In this document: one piece after another, positions 24,418 to 37,300 of the stretch
Layout: the number at the start of each line of letters is the position of its first letter
How positions within the stretch are numbered: position 1 is the stretch's first letter
NCBI GenBank assembly: GCA_040285825.1
Contig: JAUPSS010000008.1
Location: forward strand, 1-64,000
Origin: Eukaryota sp. TZLM1-RC
Taxonomy: Eukaryota > Protista > Metamonada: BaSk clade
Direction of reading: 5' to 3'
Length of the DNA: 64,000 bases
Notes under the pieces: model-generated
Databases searched by the model: none
What the model saw: only the letters and a program-made list of their open reading frames with translations
Told to the model about the DNA's origin: nothing
Made by a program: the position numbers and the translations under genes

Positions 24418-27400
24418 CTACCTTTTCCCTCTCTTAGATCTCGAACGAGAGCTACGAGTACTGACTGCAGGGGAATTAGTCTTAGATTTGGAATTAGAAG
24501 ATACCTTCCGTTTCCTGGTAGTGTGAGGACTAATAGAGCGCAAATATGTTTGATATGCCTCAGTGCTTTTGACGTCAGCAACTGGGACAGACGAAGTCTC
24601 GCCGCCATACCAAACTGCGGTACAATAAGGAACTTTATTATTGTTCGAATCTACGTAATCAAAGTGATCTATAATTTTAACGATTACAGATTCTTCCATA
24701 TCGCCAGCAGCAATATTCTTATGCCAATCAAGATCTTCTTTAGGGAAGTCTGAAAGGTATAGTTTACAATGATTTATACTTGCCGTAGACATCGAACCAG
24801 TGACAAGATTCTTGAGTAATAAACTTTTATTGGATTTAACTTCTTCAACGAGAAAAGGGCCAGCGAAGCAACCATGGAGTTTACCATTAGTCTTTAATCG
24901 CAAAACTAAGTCACCTTTATTAAAAGGGTTCCTATGTTTGTTAACTTCAGGCAGTTGTTGAGCTTGCCTGAGCTCTGCCTCTTCTCTCTTCTTTGAAATC
25001 TTTTCAAGTTTTGCTTCAAGATCTTTAACAAAGGGAATATTAACATTAGCTGATTTTATTAATTCAAACATATTACTAGGATCAGCTCTAGGGCTGTGGT
25101 CGCTACCAAACATTAAATTGTAGGGCGAATGACCAGTAACTCTACTAATAGTTGAATTGATTTGAAGTTGTACAATTGGGATATATTCACTCCAATTGCT
25201 ATAATCGCCAGAGTCCACCAAAATCTTTCTTAGACTTTGTAAGATGTCTCTGTGTCGTCTTTCTACTAAACCATTGCTTTGTGAAAAGCTAGTTAGTGAA
25301 CGACTTACTTCAATGTTTAATAAATCGCATAACCCTTTGAATATGGTATTTGCAAATTCAATACCATTGTCACTATGATTCAACAGTGGGATACCAAAAA
25401 TTGATACTACACTCCATAGGAGGTGATTGGTTGCCTCCACTGCATTCAATTCCTTTACAGGGCAAATGATCGTATACCTAGTGAACGAATCTACGAAAAC
25501 TATTAAATATTTGAATCCATTATCATCTTGTTGTAATGGTCCAATAGTATCTGCGTTTAATCGTGCAAAAGGTCGATCAGCCCAAAGAGAGCCAGATGAT
25601 TCAATGACATTTTTAGGCACATGTGCCGTCTTTTGACATGCTGGACATCTCTTAATATGATTAATCATGTCTTTGCGCATGTCGGGCCAAACGTAATCAC
25701 TATTGAGTAATTTCTTTACGCAAGTCGTCACACTAGGATGGCCAACATTTGCATGTCCATGAATGATAGTTAAAGTCTGCTTCTTTAAACTATCTGGGAT
25801 AACAATTTTCCCACGATTGTTGGTACACAATTGAATATCTTAATTATAATTGTAATCTTTATAATAATTAGGATTTGAATCAACATCTGTAAGTTGTTCT
25901 TGCCTAATCTTTGAGATCCAAGTGTCAAATAAATCAAATTTAGTATCCTCAACTGCTTCTTTCAATGCATATAAGCTATTGTTTGTGGGTAGCTCAATTG
26001 TGGACGGTTGAGTAATATCATCCCTTAACAAATTAACTCTAGTTAATAAATTTAAATAGGGTAATTGTTCTTCAACTCTGTGAGGTGCCAAGTTTCTCAC
26101 TTGTTGGACTCGAGGAGTTTTGGGTTTGGTGTCAACCAATCTAGACAACATGTTAGCCCAATAATTCTCCTCGCCTGCAGTGTGGACTACATCAAAATTG
26201 AATTCTGACAATATTGGTAACCACCTCTTCACAATTCTGTTCTTTTCAGGAGCTGATATGAGGTATGCTAAATTTCTATGATCAGTGAAAATAGTTAATT
26301 TCCTCGAAATTAAATAATTTTCTAAACTACTGTCAGTGAGAATTAGTAAAATTGCATACAACTCTTTCTGAAGTACAGACCAATTCTTTTGTGAAGTTGA
26401 TAATAATCTGCTAAAGAAGGCAATAGGTACAACCTTTCTCTTAATTAGCGGTGTCGTAGGATCTTTAGGTGGGTTAGCTTCTTGCCATATAACTCCACCT
26501 ACAGCCACATCGGACGCGTCAGCACTTATTAAAATATGCTTGTCTTCTGAGGGCAATTCAAGAGGGATATTTGCTTTGATAAGGTTTATAATCTTACCAA
26601 AAGCCTCGTCATGATCAGGAGTCCACTTGATTTTTGACGGTTTGTTTCTGGTTAATTTGTTGATTGGTTCTATCAAGTCAGACAAATTTGGCAACCAGTC
26701 ACGTATATAATTGATCGAACCTATAAAACTTCTAACTTCAGGTAATGTCCAGGGTTTGGGTAGGTTGATCAGTCCCTCGATCCTAGATTCATCTATATAA
26801 CGGGTTTTGTTTACAAAAATACTACCTAGTATTTGTATTTCATGTTTGCAAGTGGTAACGCTACACTTGGGTAGGCCAAGGTTAACTCTAAAACGTTTGG
26901 CGCGTTCTAGGACCGTACCTACACTAGATAGAAATTCATCCAGAGTCGAAGCTACTATTATTATATCATCGATATAAATAAATACGCCCTTAGAATCAAA
27001 TATTTCCATCATGATGTTTTGGAACACTGCAGGAACGTTCTTCAAACCAAAACAAGCCCTTTTAAAACTGATCGACATCCCGGGAATTGATACGGTAGTT
27101 TTATCAATATCCTCCTCTGCAATGTTGAGCTGCCAAAATGCCTTAGGTAAATCTAGAGTTGCTATATAATTAGCTTTACTTAGAAACTCTAAAATGTCGC
27201 CAATCCTGGGCAAATTTGCCTCTACAGGTTTAGTTAAATCATTTACTCCACCAATACCACTAAAATCGCCAGTTAACCGTGGTTTCCTGTGATCAGGGTA
27301 AATCACAAGACAGATGGGACTACTGAATTGAGACTTTGCGGGCACAGCAAATCCATTACGGATCAATTCGTTAAAAATTTCCTCGGCTACCCGTTGTTTT

Positions 27401-27681
27401 TCTGGGTTTAATCTTTGAGGTTTCCTTTTGACGATCTTACTTTCGTCATAAAATGAAATGGTTATCGGCTGACAATCAATTCCATCCGGGTGAGGTAGCC
27501 CACTAAATACATTTCTATATTTTTCGAGTAGCACGACTAGGCGTTCCTCGTCCCTAATGTCATCCAGGCATATTCTACATCCCAACTCATCTAACTCATG
27601 TCTAAATGTGGAATGCCCAAAATCATTACCTAAGTCTGATTCATTACTCAATTGTTCTATGAATCTAATTCGTTGACAAAT
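24418..27681 (-). CDS. Gypsy pol 3' part: RT, RNase H, integrase and chromodomain-like tail, with one in-frame TAA at 25840-25842
   Basis: LDLPKAFWQ, FGLKN, YIDD; DASD, ELYAI, TDHRNL; HHCC (HGH..H..CPAC), LNADTIGP, SDNG, NGLVER; GPF. Confidence 0.92.
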
Positions 27682-30600
27682 GAAATCGTATTTATTGAAT
27701 TTGCACACTTGATTAAATTAAATCATAACTAATGGGACGACTATCATTAAACCAAGATTTCCTCTACAAAATCTTTATTTGCTTGCTGTCTAGCTAAAGC
27801 TTCTCTAATTCGATTGAAAAACCGCGGTAATCTATTAATAATGGCAAATTGAATCCGTGAACGCCATAAAAAAATATCAAATCTTTTCATTGTTTTTTCT
27901 TTCACCATTTTTTGGAAGTCATCCAAAAAAGTTTCTGCTTCAACTGATAATCTTCCATTTATCGAAAATGGGAAAGCAATAAAAACCAGCTGTGTATTTC
28001 TATCGACATTTGCATCTTCAATTTCTTTATCATATTTTCTATGTTTTTCTTTTGCTTTAAAATCCAGAGCAGCCACAGGATTAAGTTTTGTTCTGTGAAC
28101 CAAAATATCGTTTGCAACATTACATGAGACAAAGTCAACAATAGCTTCAGAATTATCAATCCAATCACAGTATACATCACCTCTATCATCAGAACCAAAA
28201 TTATTCAGAGAAAGTGTTTCCTTCAGCAGGGGCTCTTTGATACACGATATCCTTGCAGTTTGTGCCATATTGAAAACAGTGTCTCTAACAGCATCATGTA
28301 ATGAAGAACGATAAGTTATCAATTTAGAGCAATTTAGAGCATGGCGCAAAGTGAGTTGAGGTGAATTCGAACAAATACATTTTTCTTTTGATAATAATTG
28401 GTTAATGGGGATGTTCAAATATAATCTCATTTTTGTTACAAATGCGTCATTAGTGGCACACAATCCAAATCTTCGTGGTACAATGGTTACAAAAAGTGAA
28501 GAATCTGACGCCTTGTTTTCACAAACACCCTTTTCCAATAACAATGAGTGAAGATCTTGATTTAAAACAGCCGAGCTGCAAATATTATTATAAAGATCTT
28601 TTTCATACATTCCAGTCAATCTTTTCTGTAATGTTCGAAGAGTGTACTTCAAATTTAAAACATTTTTTTCTGGAATATTGCCATTGAATGATTGGGGAAA
28701 ACATCGACCCCATTTTTCTACATCAATTCTTGAAATTTCTTCATTTAAAGCAAAAACAGTGGAACTTTGCGTTGTCATCAATAAATCTTCCCAATCTGCA
28801 AATCTTTCGGAAAACTCAAAGATTGCATTTCTGCATCCACCAACAAAAGCACACGAGGTAAGAATAGAGAAATTACAACTACTCATTTGTTAAATTGTAA
28901 ACATTTTATTACTTTTAGAAGCAAGGTTCATGATGCTGTAAGAGACCAGTTATATTGTATGTGTAAATCTCATAGAATTGAATCCTTCTTGGAACCTCTG
29001 TTGTCAAATCTGTTTGATGCTGAAAATGATTTTCATAAGAATAATAGAGGTGATGTCATATTACCTGGATTAGATGGAAGCTTCATTTTATTGGATGTAA
29101 TGTCTGTTGATCCTTGTAATGCCTCAAATGAAAGGCTTGTTAATTCTGAAATTCATAATCCCCTTTCAAATGCTGAAAATTTTAAATTCAAAAAATACAA
29201 TGAACCTTTGTCCAAATTGGCCAGTCTACAGCATGCAAAAATACAATTTGTATCCATTTGTATTTTCCCTTTTGGTTCACTTGCACCAACTGCTTTACGT
29301 TTTTTGGATGATTTTGAAATGATTGTAAAGAGAAGAACTGGCAGAAATTTCAACAGATTGTTTTGGCAAAATAGAATTGTGTTTTCTATTTTTAAGGGGA
29401 TGTTGAAGATGGTTTCTGATGCTTTGCTTTCTCTTGGATCTCACTATGAGAGAGTTGCATCTAGTGTTTTTGTTTTGGGAGAGATGGATTTTTTAGATGT
29501 TGATTTATAGGTTTAGAATAAAATTAAATTTAAAAAAAAAGGTAAGAATAGAAGCCTTCGTCCACCCTAAAGCACCATAATGTGGACTAAGGTAAGCATG
29601 ATCTGGAATTTGAAACATTTTACATCCCAGTAATTGAGACAGAACTTTTGCACGTAACTCATTAAACTTTTGAGCCAAAGGTCTAGTGACGAGAGGATTT
29701 GTAGATCGAAATATATGATTAAAATTGGAACTAAAACACAGTCTTATAATGGTAAATTTGATGTGTTTTTTTATATCTAAATTCATCATTCGGTCAATTT
29801 TGTCAGAAATTGAGTTCAACTTTTCAAATAATTGTTTGGTAATTTCATCATTATTTCCTAAAAACGAACCCAAATGACGAATAGCATCAATTGAATATAA
29901 TTTGGCTTGAATTTCAATATCATCAATTATTGTGGAAACTGGAGAATTCGATAACAAAACACATTTAAGTAAATTAAGTCGGAGACCAATTTTGGTAAAT
30001 AATTCTTTAAAACATACAGTTGCTTTTTTCACAATATTTAAATCACCAATAAGCACAACATCATCCATATATGCAATCATTTTTAGTGAAGGAAACATCT
30101 CTTGAATTTGCAGTAGAATAGGATGAATGGCCAAACAAAACAAAAGAGGTCCTAGCTGATCTCCTTGCTTTACGCCACTTGATGAACTCAAAATGTTGTT
30201 ACCAAAATGTAAATTAGAATATGTGCAATGTGTTGATTGAAAATATGGTATTAATTCCGGCATATATTGCAATAGAGCACCATGGATACTGCGACGACTT
30301 AGTGAATTGAAAGCATTACTAAAATCCAATGACAAGCAAACATTGGATTCATTTTGACGAAATAAGACATCGGTAGCAAAAATCGCTGAAGAGACTCCAT
30401 CTGTAGTATTTATACCATATTGAAAGGGTAATAAAATCTTTTTAGCTTTTTCATTGAACCTGATTAAGCAACACGCAGAAAAAATATTGTGTAAGCTCTC
30501 AGAGACTGCAATAGGACGAACATCCATTTTTGAATTTTTGACAAGTGCAGTCAAACGAGAACTTCTTAATTCTTCTGGGTATTTGCGTTGACCAGATAAT

Positions 30601-31406
30601 ATTTGGTTGAAAAATTTGGTCAATAAACCAAGGCAATCTTCTGAAGAAATAATCGCGGCTTTTACATGATCAATAGTAATACCAGAAAGTCCGGCAGACT
30701 TACCACGTGGTCTCTTTTTGATAACCGAAAAAACTTCTGATGGCATCAATGGATAATTTTCCCAGTATGTGCCGTAAAAATTTTGATCCATTATAGGGTC
30801 TTCATAAGGATTAAGTATTTTTAGTTTATCTATTGTATTTTCATTGTTGGGTGCTTTAACTCCGGGACTTAAAGCTGACAAAGCCTTGGACCATTTGTTG
30901 TCAAAGCATTTGTCTTCAAAAATTTTACTTAATTTCTCGGATGACTGATTTCTCGGTGCTATATTAGTTAAATCTTCGGAAATATTTACGAAATTTTGTT
31001 CAAAAGGAGGACAAAAAGAACCAAAAAATTCCCAAATAATATTGATAGCATACTTTCCTTTACATAATTGATCCAAAAATCTTTGAAAAACGAAAGCAAA
31101 TTCATTGCATTTGGTCGGATGAATTTCTTGAGGTATTCTTATAGGAGGATGGTAGTTATCAACTATGCGGCATTTCAAGCATCGATCAGAAGTTTTTCCT
31201 TTTGCATTTTTTCTAAAAGAAATACCACAATTGTTGCAAATTTTGTGCTTCAATCGATTGCTAACTGGTTTTGCAACAACTTGTGGAGCATCATTTATGG
31301 GTTCTACCTTAGACTCTTTCCTTCTAATAAATTTTCTTTTACATTTTGTTTCAGAATTTGCCACATCATTTTTTCCAACATTGGGGCATGTTCGAGCATT
31401 ATGTTA
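27682..31406 (-). mobile_element. Near-full-length CRE-clade-like non-LTR retrotransposon (RT + RLE), family A, inserted in gag-pol
   Basis: 8-bp TSD TGACAAAT at 27674-27681 and 31407-31414. RT motifs VRPIAV, PFQYG, DFSNAFNS, GVKQGDQLGPLLF and YMDD. RLE motifs CIC..HALNC, HDAVRD, RGD..VD..K.KEKHRKY. The 5' end is cut inside a zinc knuckle (HNARTCP). Confidence 0.93.
28869..29539 (+). mobile_element. 5'-truncated CRE-like family B inserted antisense into family A
   Basis: TSD (A)GGTAAGAATAGA at 28856-28868 and 29540-29552, with a poly(A) tail. Removing it restores GWTKASILTSCAFVGG. Confidence 0.93.
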
Positions 31407-33238
31407 TGACAAATTCTATTATCAAACTCACATTCAGCATTTAAGATGGTGCGGTGTTCGCGATCCAAATTAATATTAAAACCGTGCTCCGTGCGTAGCC
31501 CCAAGGTTTGTAATAAGTCTCTTCCGATCAAAAAATTGTTGGTACCAGGAATGATCTGGAATTCGATCCTTAAAAACACTTGAGTGGCCAAGCTACCCAC
31601 ATTTAGAGCAAGAACACCACTTGCACATCCCAGGGTCGTGGAGCGAATACCATTTGCCGATAAGTATTCGACAGTCTTATTGTCATTAACTGTCATATTA
31701 CATTTAGAGGCTAAATCCATTGATAATGCTGAAAATGCAGCTCCATTATCAATTTCGCCTTGTACTTCCACGTTATTTATTGTGCAGGTTAACCAAAGTT
31801 CCCCGTTAGAACTTTCTTGGTCCTCTGCTACCCTGGATAGTCTAACACTGTGGATAGAACCCACAGAATTGGATGACTCTCTAAATCTTTTTAATGGATT
31901 TAAGTGATTATGATTCGAATCTGCTTTGCTCATTTTATAAATGGATTTGATTGAATTATTTGTAAGGTTATTGTTAAAAGATGTATAATCATCTGATTTA
32001 TTAATACTACTTTTACGTTTTCTATCACGTTTTTCACCTCCTTGACGCTTTTTTGAACCTGGTCTTCCCACTAATTTAAAACATTTCTCTTCAGGATGTT
32101 TATTGGTTTTGCATAAGCTACACCATTGCTCTGAAGGGATGGGTCGACTGCTTACTCTAGGGTTCTCAAAAGGACCTTTTGACTGGCTTCGTCCTTTTTG
32201 TGCAGGAGCGTGAGCACCAAAAGCTGTTCTTATCAAATTCATGTCTTTGATCGAGGATTCAAGGCTGTTGACCTTATTAACAAATGCGTTACCTAAATCG
32301 TAAATCGCATCGCCCAGTTTCTCGTTACTCGAATCAAACTTGCCAATCCAAATGATATATGCGTCCATCAATTGATTGTTTGTTTTGTCGTTGTTAGTTT
32401 CGAGAAATCTCTTTGCTGGGTAGACGACAGACGAATTACCATCCGTTCCGGGCATAATTGTAGAGCGTCGAATTATATATATGATCTGCTCTATGAAGGC
32501 TGTCCATGAAGATTCAGCAGTCATTCTGCGACTGATCTCAGGTGGTCTTACAGATCTTAAAGCCTTGTCAACATCGGTAGGGTTTTTGTACTGGGTGCTG
32601 AGTAGCAAATATTCCCAGATTTCGGCGTCAGATGGGTTGTTGCCTAACACGTTTGTTCGGCCTCCATAAAAACTCTGCCATTCTGCGATGACCTTACCTT
32701 CGATCATAAATCTCAAATACAAAGGGTCCACTTCGAAGAACATAGATCTAACGAAGTCGTACTGATGAACAGGTTGACCGTATTTGGTGATCGGCGTAAA
32801 TATTCTGGTGGGTCCATCGCGATCCCTAACTGTTTTAGCCCAATTGCCAAAGTTAAGAACGAAGTCGAAGATCTTCTTGGCGTCAAACGCTTCATTTAAC
32901 TTAACTAGGCATCTGAGTTTGTCGTCTATTCTTTTCCTCAATTTCTCCTCGTCTGTTACAGGAGTTCTATAAAGACCGAGGGTGTCGACGAGAGAATCTC
33001 TAGGAGCATTCGTTCCTAGGGGTTGCGTGGGTAAAGATGAATTTATAACAGATGCTTGTGTAGGAGTTGCTTCACAAGAAGCTCTCCTAGATGCCAAAGG
33101 CCCTACAGAAGGTGTTCTAAATAGGTTCATATTCCTCTCTTCTGAAGGCAATGTTTCGCCCAACTTAATGATAAATCTTGTCTTAGGAGGTTCCTCCTGC
33201 ACAGGTACGGTCTGGGCTGGTGGCCTTAAATCCACCAA
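31407..33238 (-). CDS. Gypsy gag plus aspartic protease (5' part of a single gag-pol ORF)
   Basis: Zinc knuckle CSLCKTNKHPEEKC, protease IDNGA and FLIGRDLL. It joins pol in frame (DNRIC-QRIRF) once the insertion is removed. First in-frame ATG is at 33130. Confidence 0.88.
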
Positions 33239-33372
33239 TCTGGTGCATTTTTAGATCCTCTAGGGACCCCAGTTAGTTTATGATCATATGGAAGGCAACT
33301 GCTCTTTATTAAGACATTCTCAAAAACATTTTGGTCGGGCCAGCTATCAACCCATGCCTTAAATTTTGTCAT

Positions 33373-34779
33373 TCATGCATCAGGATATACTAATTTTAAC
33401 TTGTTAGGGCCAACACGTTGCTCTTTCAATTCAATTACCCTTGTGCCTATTTCTCTAATGTAGGACTCTTTGGTATGAAATTGAAGGGTGTCACCTCGTG
33501 ATTCATCGAATCTGCCCCCAAGCATAATAAAAATGTCCGCAATGGAATCTTTTGGGTGTACGTTCTCCTCTTGGAAATGCCTTACGACGCCTCTAAGGTT
33601 TCTACCTTGTTGGTTATGAGGATACATTTTAGCTATCCAAAATAGTCTGTCGTAAGCTTCTTGATTTCCACTGAAATATATTTTGTGGTCCTCAATTGCA
33701 ATTCTATGCCATTTGGCAGGCCTGGGAGTAGCAGCTTGATACTTTGAACGAGGTGCGCTAAAATAGCAATCCTCGACTGCACTCATCCCACACGAGACTG
33801 CCGAATCGGTAAGATCATCCAATCTCTTTAAAAGATTTGGACTCTGATCATAACTCTCGTAGACGACATCGTCAAGTGTTTTGCCGTGGGCTTCCCCAAA
33901 GAGAAAGGGCCAACGTTTCGCTAAATAGTCACGTCTGACCTTCTCACATTCGGCTGAATCAACGTTTCCTGAGAGGCGTTCTGCCTCATTCTCAGCCATT
34001 TTTAGTAATTCATCATCGCTCCAATCTATTACATCATCAGGAGGATTGGCGATGAGATCCAAAATGAAATCTCTAGTTACAGCCTCAACTGCCTTTGCTA
34101 GTTTCCTTCGGTAAAGACCTTGAGAAGTCCTTTCCGTAGATGGAAAACTTGGAGTTGGATTAGAAGGTTTGGGTGTATGAGGTGGTTCATCATCGCTCTC
34201 ATCCTCTCTCCTGCTGTTGTTCTGATAATGAGATCCTCTGGAATCACTTTGTGGTTCCTCACTTGAGCTGATGTCAGAAGTAGGTGAGGAGGGAGTTTTA
34301 CGTGAGGAGCTAGTCGTAGACTGTTGCTCGCCTTCGCCTCCTTCACCTTCTGTACAAGCGTTAGATTTGTTAGTTACAACAAACGCTTTGAATTCCCATT
34401 GCTCGCTCGGAGTGAGAAAACTCTTCCTACAAGGAAGGAGCTCCGAGGAGTTGTTGGGGTATGTGTACAGTTCTGTCACATCAGCAACGTGATTACCACT
34501 CTCCTTATTAGGGAGGTGACTTCCTTTCTGAGAGGTAGGGCTCTCCTCAGTGTGAAGTTCACTCTCCTTATTGGGGAGGTGACTTTCTTTCTAAGAGGCA
34601 AGGCTCTTCTCAGCGGAAAGCTCACTCTCCTCAGGAGGATTACTCTTCCCGAAGGAAGGATTACTCTTTTCGAAAAAAGGTTTACTCTCCGTAGATGGAG
34701 GATTACTCTCCTGAGAAGGAGGATTACGGTTAATGTGTTGGCCGGAGCCATTAATTGATGATGCTGTATGGTTAGACAT
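33373..34779 (-). CDS. Extra ORF upstream of gag, function unknown, with one TAG at 34591-34593
   Basis: ORFs 33373-34479 and 34591-34824 share a frame. The ATG at 34779 lies inside the 5' LTR. The TAG aligns with CAG in the adjacent 63-bp repeat copy. Confidence 0.7.
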
Positions 34780-34886
34780 TGTACAGAATAGAGATAAAAG
34801 ATAAAGATATTTATTCAATTTCACTGGCCCTTATAAAGACCGTCACTAGTGAAGTCTATACTAGACTAATTGTCCACAGTACAACA
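34759..34886 (-). repeat. 5' LTR, subfamily A; candidate PBS TGGCTCCGGCC at 34750-34740
   Basis: 126/128 identical to 18222-18349. Confidence 0.92.
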
Positions 34887-35169
34887 TAAATTGAATTGAT
34901 GAAAAATCATATTTTGAAAAGTTTTCCCTTTTAGAATTACTGAGAAGTAAATGAAGAATATCACCATTAATCAAAAGTAAATTTACAAAGGATTTGTATC
35001 CACCATTATCTATACATCCTTTTAGAAAAAGATTTTTACATTAATGATAAAGGATAGAAGGTTTTACTTATTTTGCTTTTCCAACATGTAAGTATTTTTT
35101 TAACTTAATAAAAAGCACCAATGAACCGAGTAAAAAAATTATTTAACTTTTATTAGACTTACAAACTTG

Positions 35170-35808
35170 ACAAAATAAAATCATAACTAATGGGACGCAT
35201 TCAATGAACCAAAATTTCTTCTGCAAAATCTTGGTCTGCTTACTGTTTAGCTAAAGCTTCTCTAATTCGAATAAAAACCGAGGTAATCTCTTAATAATGG
35301 CAAATTGAATTCGAGAGCGCCATAAATAGATATCAAATCTTTTCATTGTTTTTTCTTGAACCATTTTTTTGGAAATTATTCAAAAAAGTTCTGATAGTCT
35401 TCCGTTTATCGAAAATGGAAAAGCAATAAAAACAAGTGGTCTATTTCTATCAGCATTAGCGTCTTCGATATCTTTGCCTTTTTTCTATTATATTCTGTAG
35501 CTTTAAATTCAAGGGCACTTACAGGATTAAGTTTTCTTCTTTGAACCAAAGTGCCATTTGCAACATTACAGGAGACAAAGTCAACAACAGCTTCAGAGTT
35601 CTCAATCCAATCACAGTATACATCACCTCTGTCATCAGAACCAAGATTATTCAATGACAAAGTTTCTTTCAGCAGAGGCTCTTTAATACACGAGATTCTT
35701 GCAGTTGGTGCCATATTGAAAACGGTGTCTCTGACATCATCATGTAATAAAGAACGATAGCTTATCAATTTAAAACAATTCAGAGCATGACGCAAAGTGA
35801 ATTCAGGT
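35170..35808 (-). mobile_element. CRE-like family A' 3' fragment (duplicate at ~42370-42996)
   Basis: RHALNC..HDDVRD..RGDVYCDW RLE remnant. Confidence 0.8.
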
Positions 35809-35849
35809 AAATTTAAAAAAAGATAGAGTAAAAATAGTTAAAATATTTA

Positions 35850-36300
35850 ATTTATTGAATTTGCACACTTGATTAAATTAAATCATAACTAATGGGACGA
35901 CTATCATTAAACCAAGATTTCCTCTACAAAATCTTGATTTGCTTGCTGTCTAGCTAAAGCTTCTCTAATTCGATTGAAAAACCGCGGTAATCTATTAATA
36001 ATGGCAAATTGAATCCGTGAACGCCATAAAAAAATATCAAATCTTTTCATTGTTTTTTCTTTCACCATTTTTTGGAAGTCATCCAAAAAAGTTTCTGCTT
36101 CAACTGATAATCTTCCATTTATCGAAAATGGGAAAGCAATAAAAACCAGCTGTGTATTTCTATCGATATTTGCATCTTCAATTTCTTTATCATATTTTCT
36201 ATGTTTTTCTTTTGCTTTAAAATCCAGAGCAGCCACAGGATTAAGTTTTCTTCTGTGAACCAAAGTATCGTTTGCAACATTACATGAGACAAAGTCAACA
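35850..36300 (-). mobile_element. CRE-like family A short 3' fragment
   Basis: Near-identical to 27690-28142. It is absent from the duplicated block at ~43020. Confidence 0.85.
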
Positions 36301-36829
36301 ATAAAAAATAGTCAAATTAGTGCTCTTGAATATAATTTTTGAAATTCACAATCCACATCACAGTTAGTGGTGTGTGATCTTGATTTGGAAGTATACATCT
36401 CCGTTTGAGCATTATATAGATATTAGACATATAATCGAAAGTACCAAATAACAAAGTCTTGAATTGCCATTGTCCAAATTAGATTTTTTGGTTGAATCTT
36501 TTTCCTCTTGAAGTTTCTGTAAGATGAACAGTTGCTGATAGTTGCGTTCCATTGATTAAAAGATTGACTATTGCAAAGTTTACACTGAATTCCGTCTGTA
36601 AAGAATTGGCATATCAAGTTTTCAAATGCTAGTTCTGCAACTTTTCTGCTAGAGAATCTCGTAAATTGTTGTATGACAAAGTAGAATAATATTAAAACTA
36701 TAGGTGGTGACCTGAAAAGGTTGCAAGCTCAATATATCACGTTGAATGTCAATAGAAAAATTCTTTTTCATTAAGTAAACATAAATGGTCTATACTTTTT
36801 TAGAAAATTTATTTTATTTCAAATAATAC

Positions 36830-37300
36830 AATCTAGAAATCAACATCTTCAAAACAAGCTTCCACACCATCAATCCATACAACAGGAATATCTTGGTAAT
36901 GTACACTCACAGACATCAAAGTTTGGAAAATAATTTTAGAAATTGTTGTGAAAATAATAAGAATAGTACGATTTAACCACATACGACTATCAAAACGCTT
37001 ATTCATTCTTCTTTTTACCAGATTTTTAAAATCATCAATAAAATTTATGGCAGTTTTTCCAAGACGTCCATACAAAGATATAGCAAATGGGCAAAATTGG
37101 TAATACATATAAGAAATATGTTTCAACTCTTTTAAAGTATTTGTACATTTTTCCCTTTGTACAATTCTGAATCATCAAGAGGGCTACTTCGGATTGTACA
37201 TTTTTCAAAGCATTTTTCTTGCTTACATCCACTGTTACAACAACAGCAACAACATTCAGGATGTCATCAAATGAGAGCACAACAACATCAGCACGCCGTT
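36830..37300 (-). mobile_element. CRE-like family C 3' fragment (copies at ~39730-40500 and ~45735-46210)
   Basis: RRADVVV..VTVDV..FCPFAISLYGRLGKTA..FIDDF..WLNR RLE tail. Confidence 0.75.

Larger units (their letters stand above)
18222..34886 (-). mobile_element. Ty3/Gypsy (chromovirus-like) LTR retrotransposon composite with nested insertions
   Basis: Matched 128-bp LTRs (TGTTG...GCATCA on minus, 2 mismatches) at 18222-18349 and 34759-34886. The 4-bp TSD TAAA is at 18218-18221 and 34887-34890, and the empty site aaagctaaattgaat is visible at ~38990. Domain order is gag-PR-RT-RH-IN. Confidence 0.92.

Noticed and set aside
25831-25842. Programmed readthrough between RNase H and integrase
   Set aside because: It is a single in-frame TAA in an already disrupted copy. 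A nonsense mutation is simpler, and no second copy is available for comparison.
34324-34758. Arg/Leu-rich ORFs 34324-34758 (+) and 34476-34751 (-)
   Set aside because: They are alternative-frame shadows of the 21/63-bp repeats in the extra Gypsy ORF.
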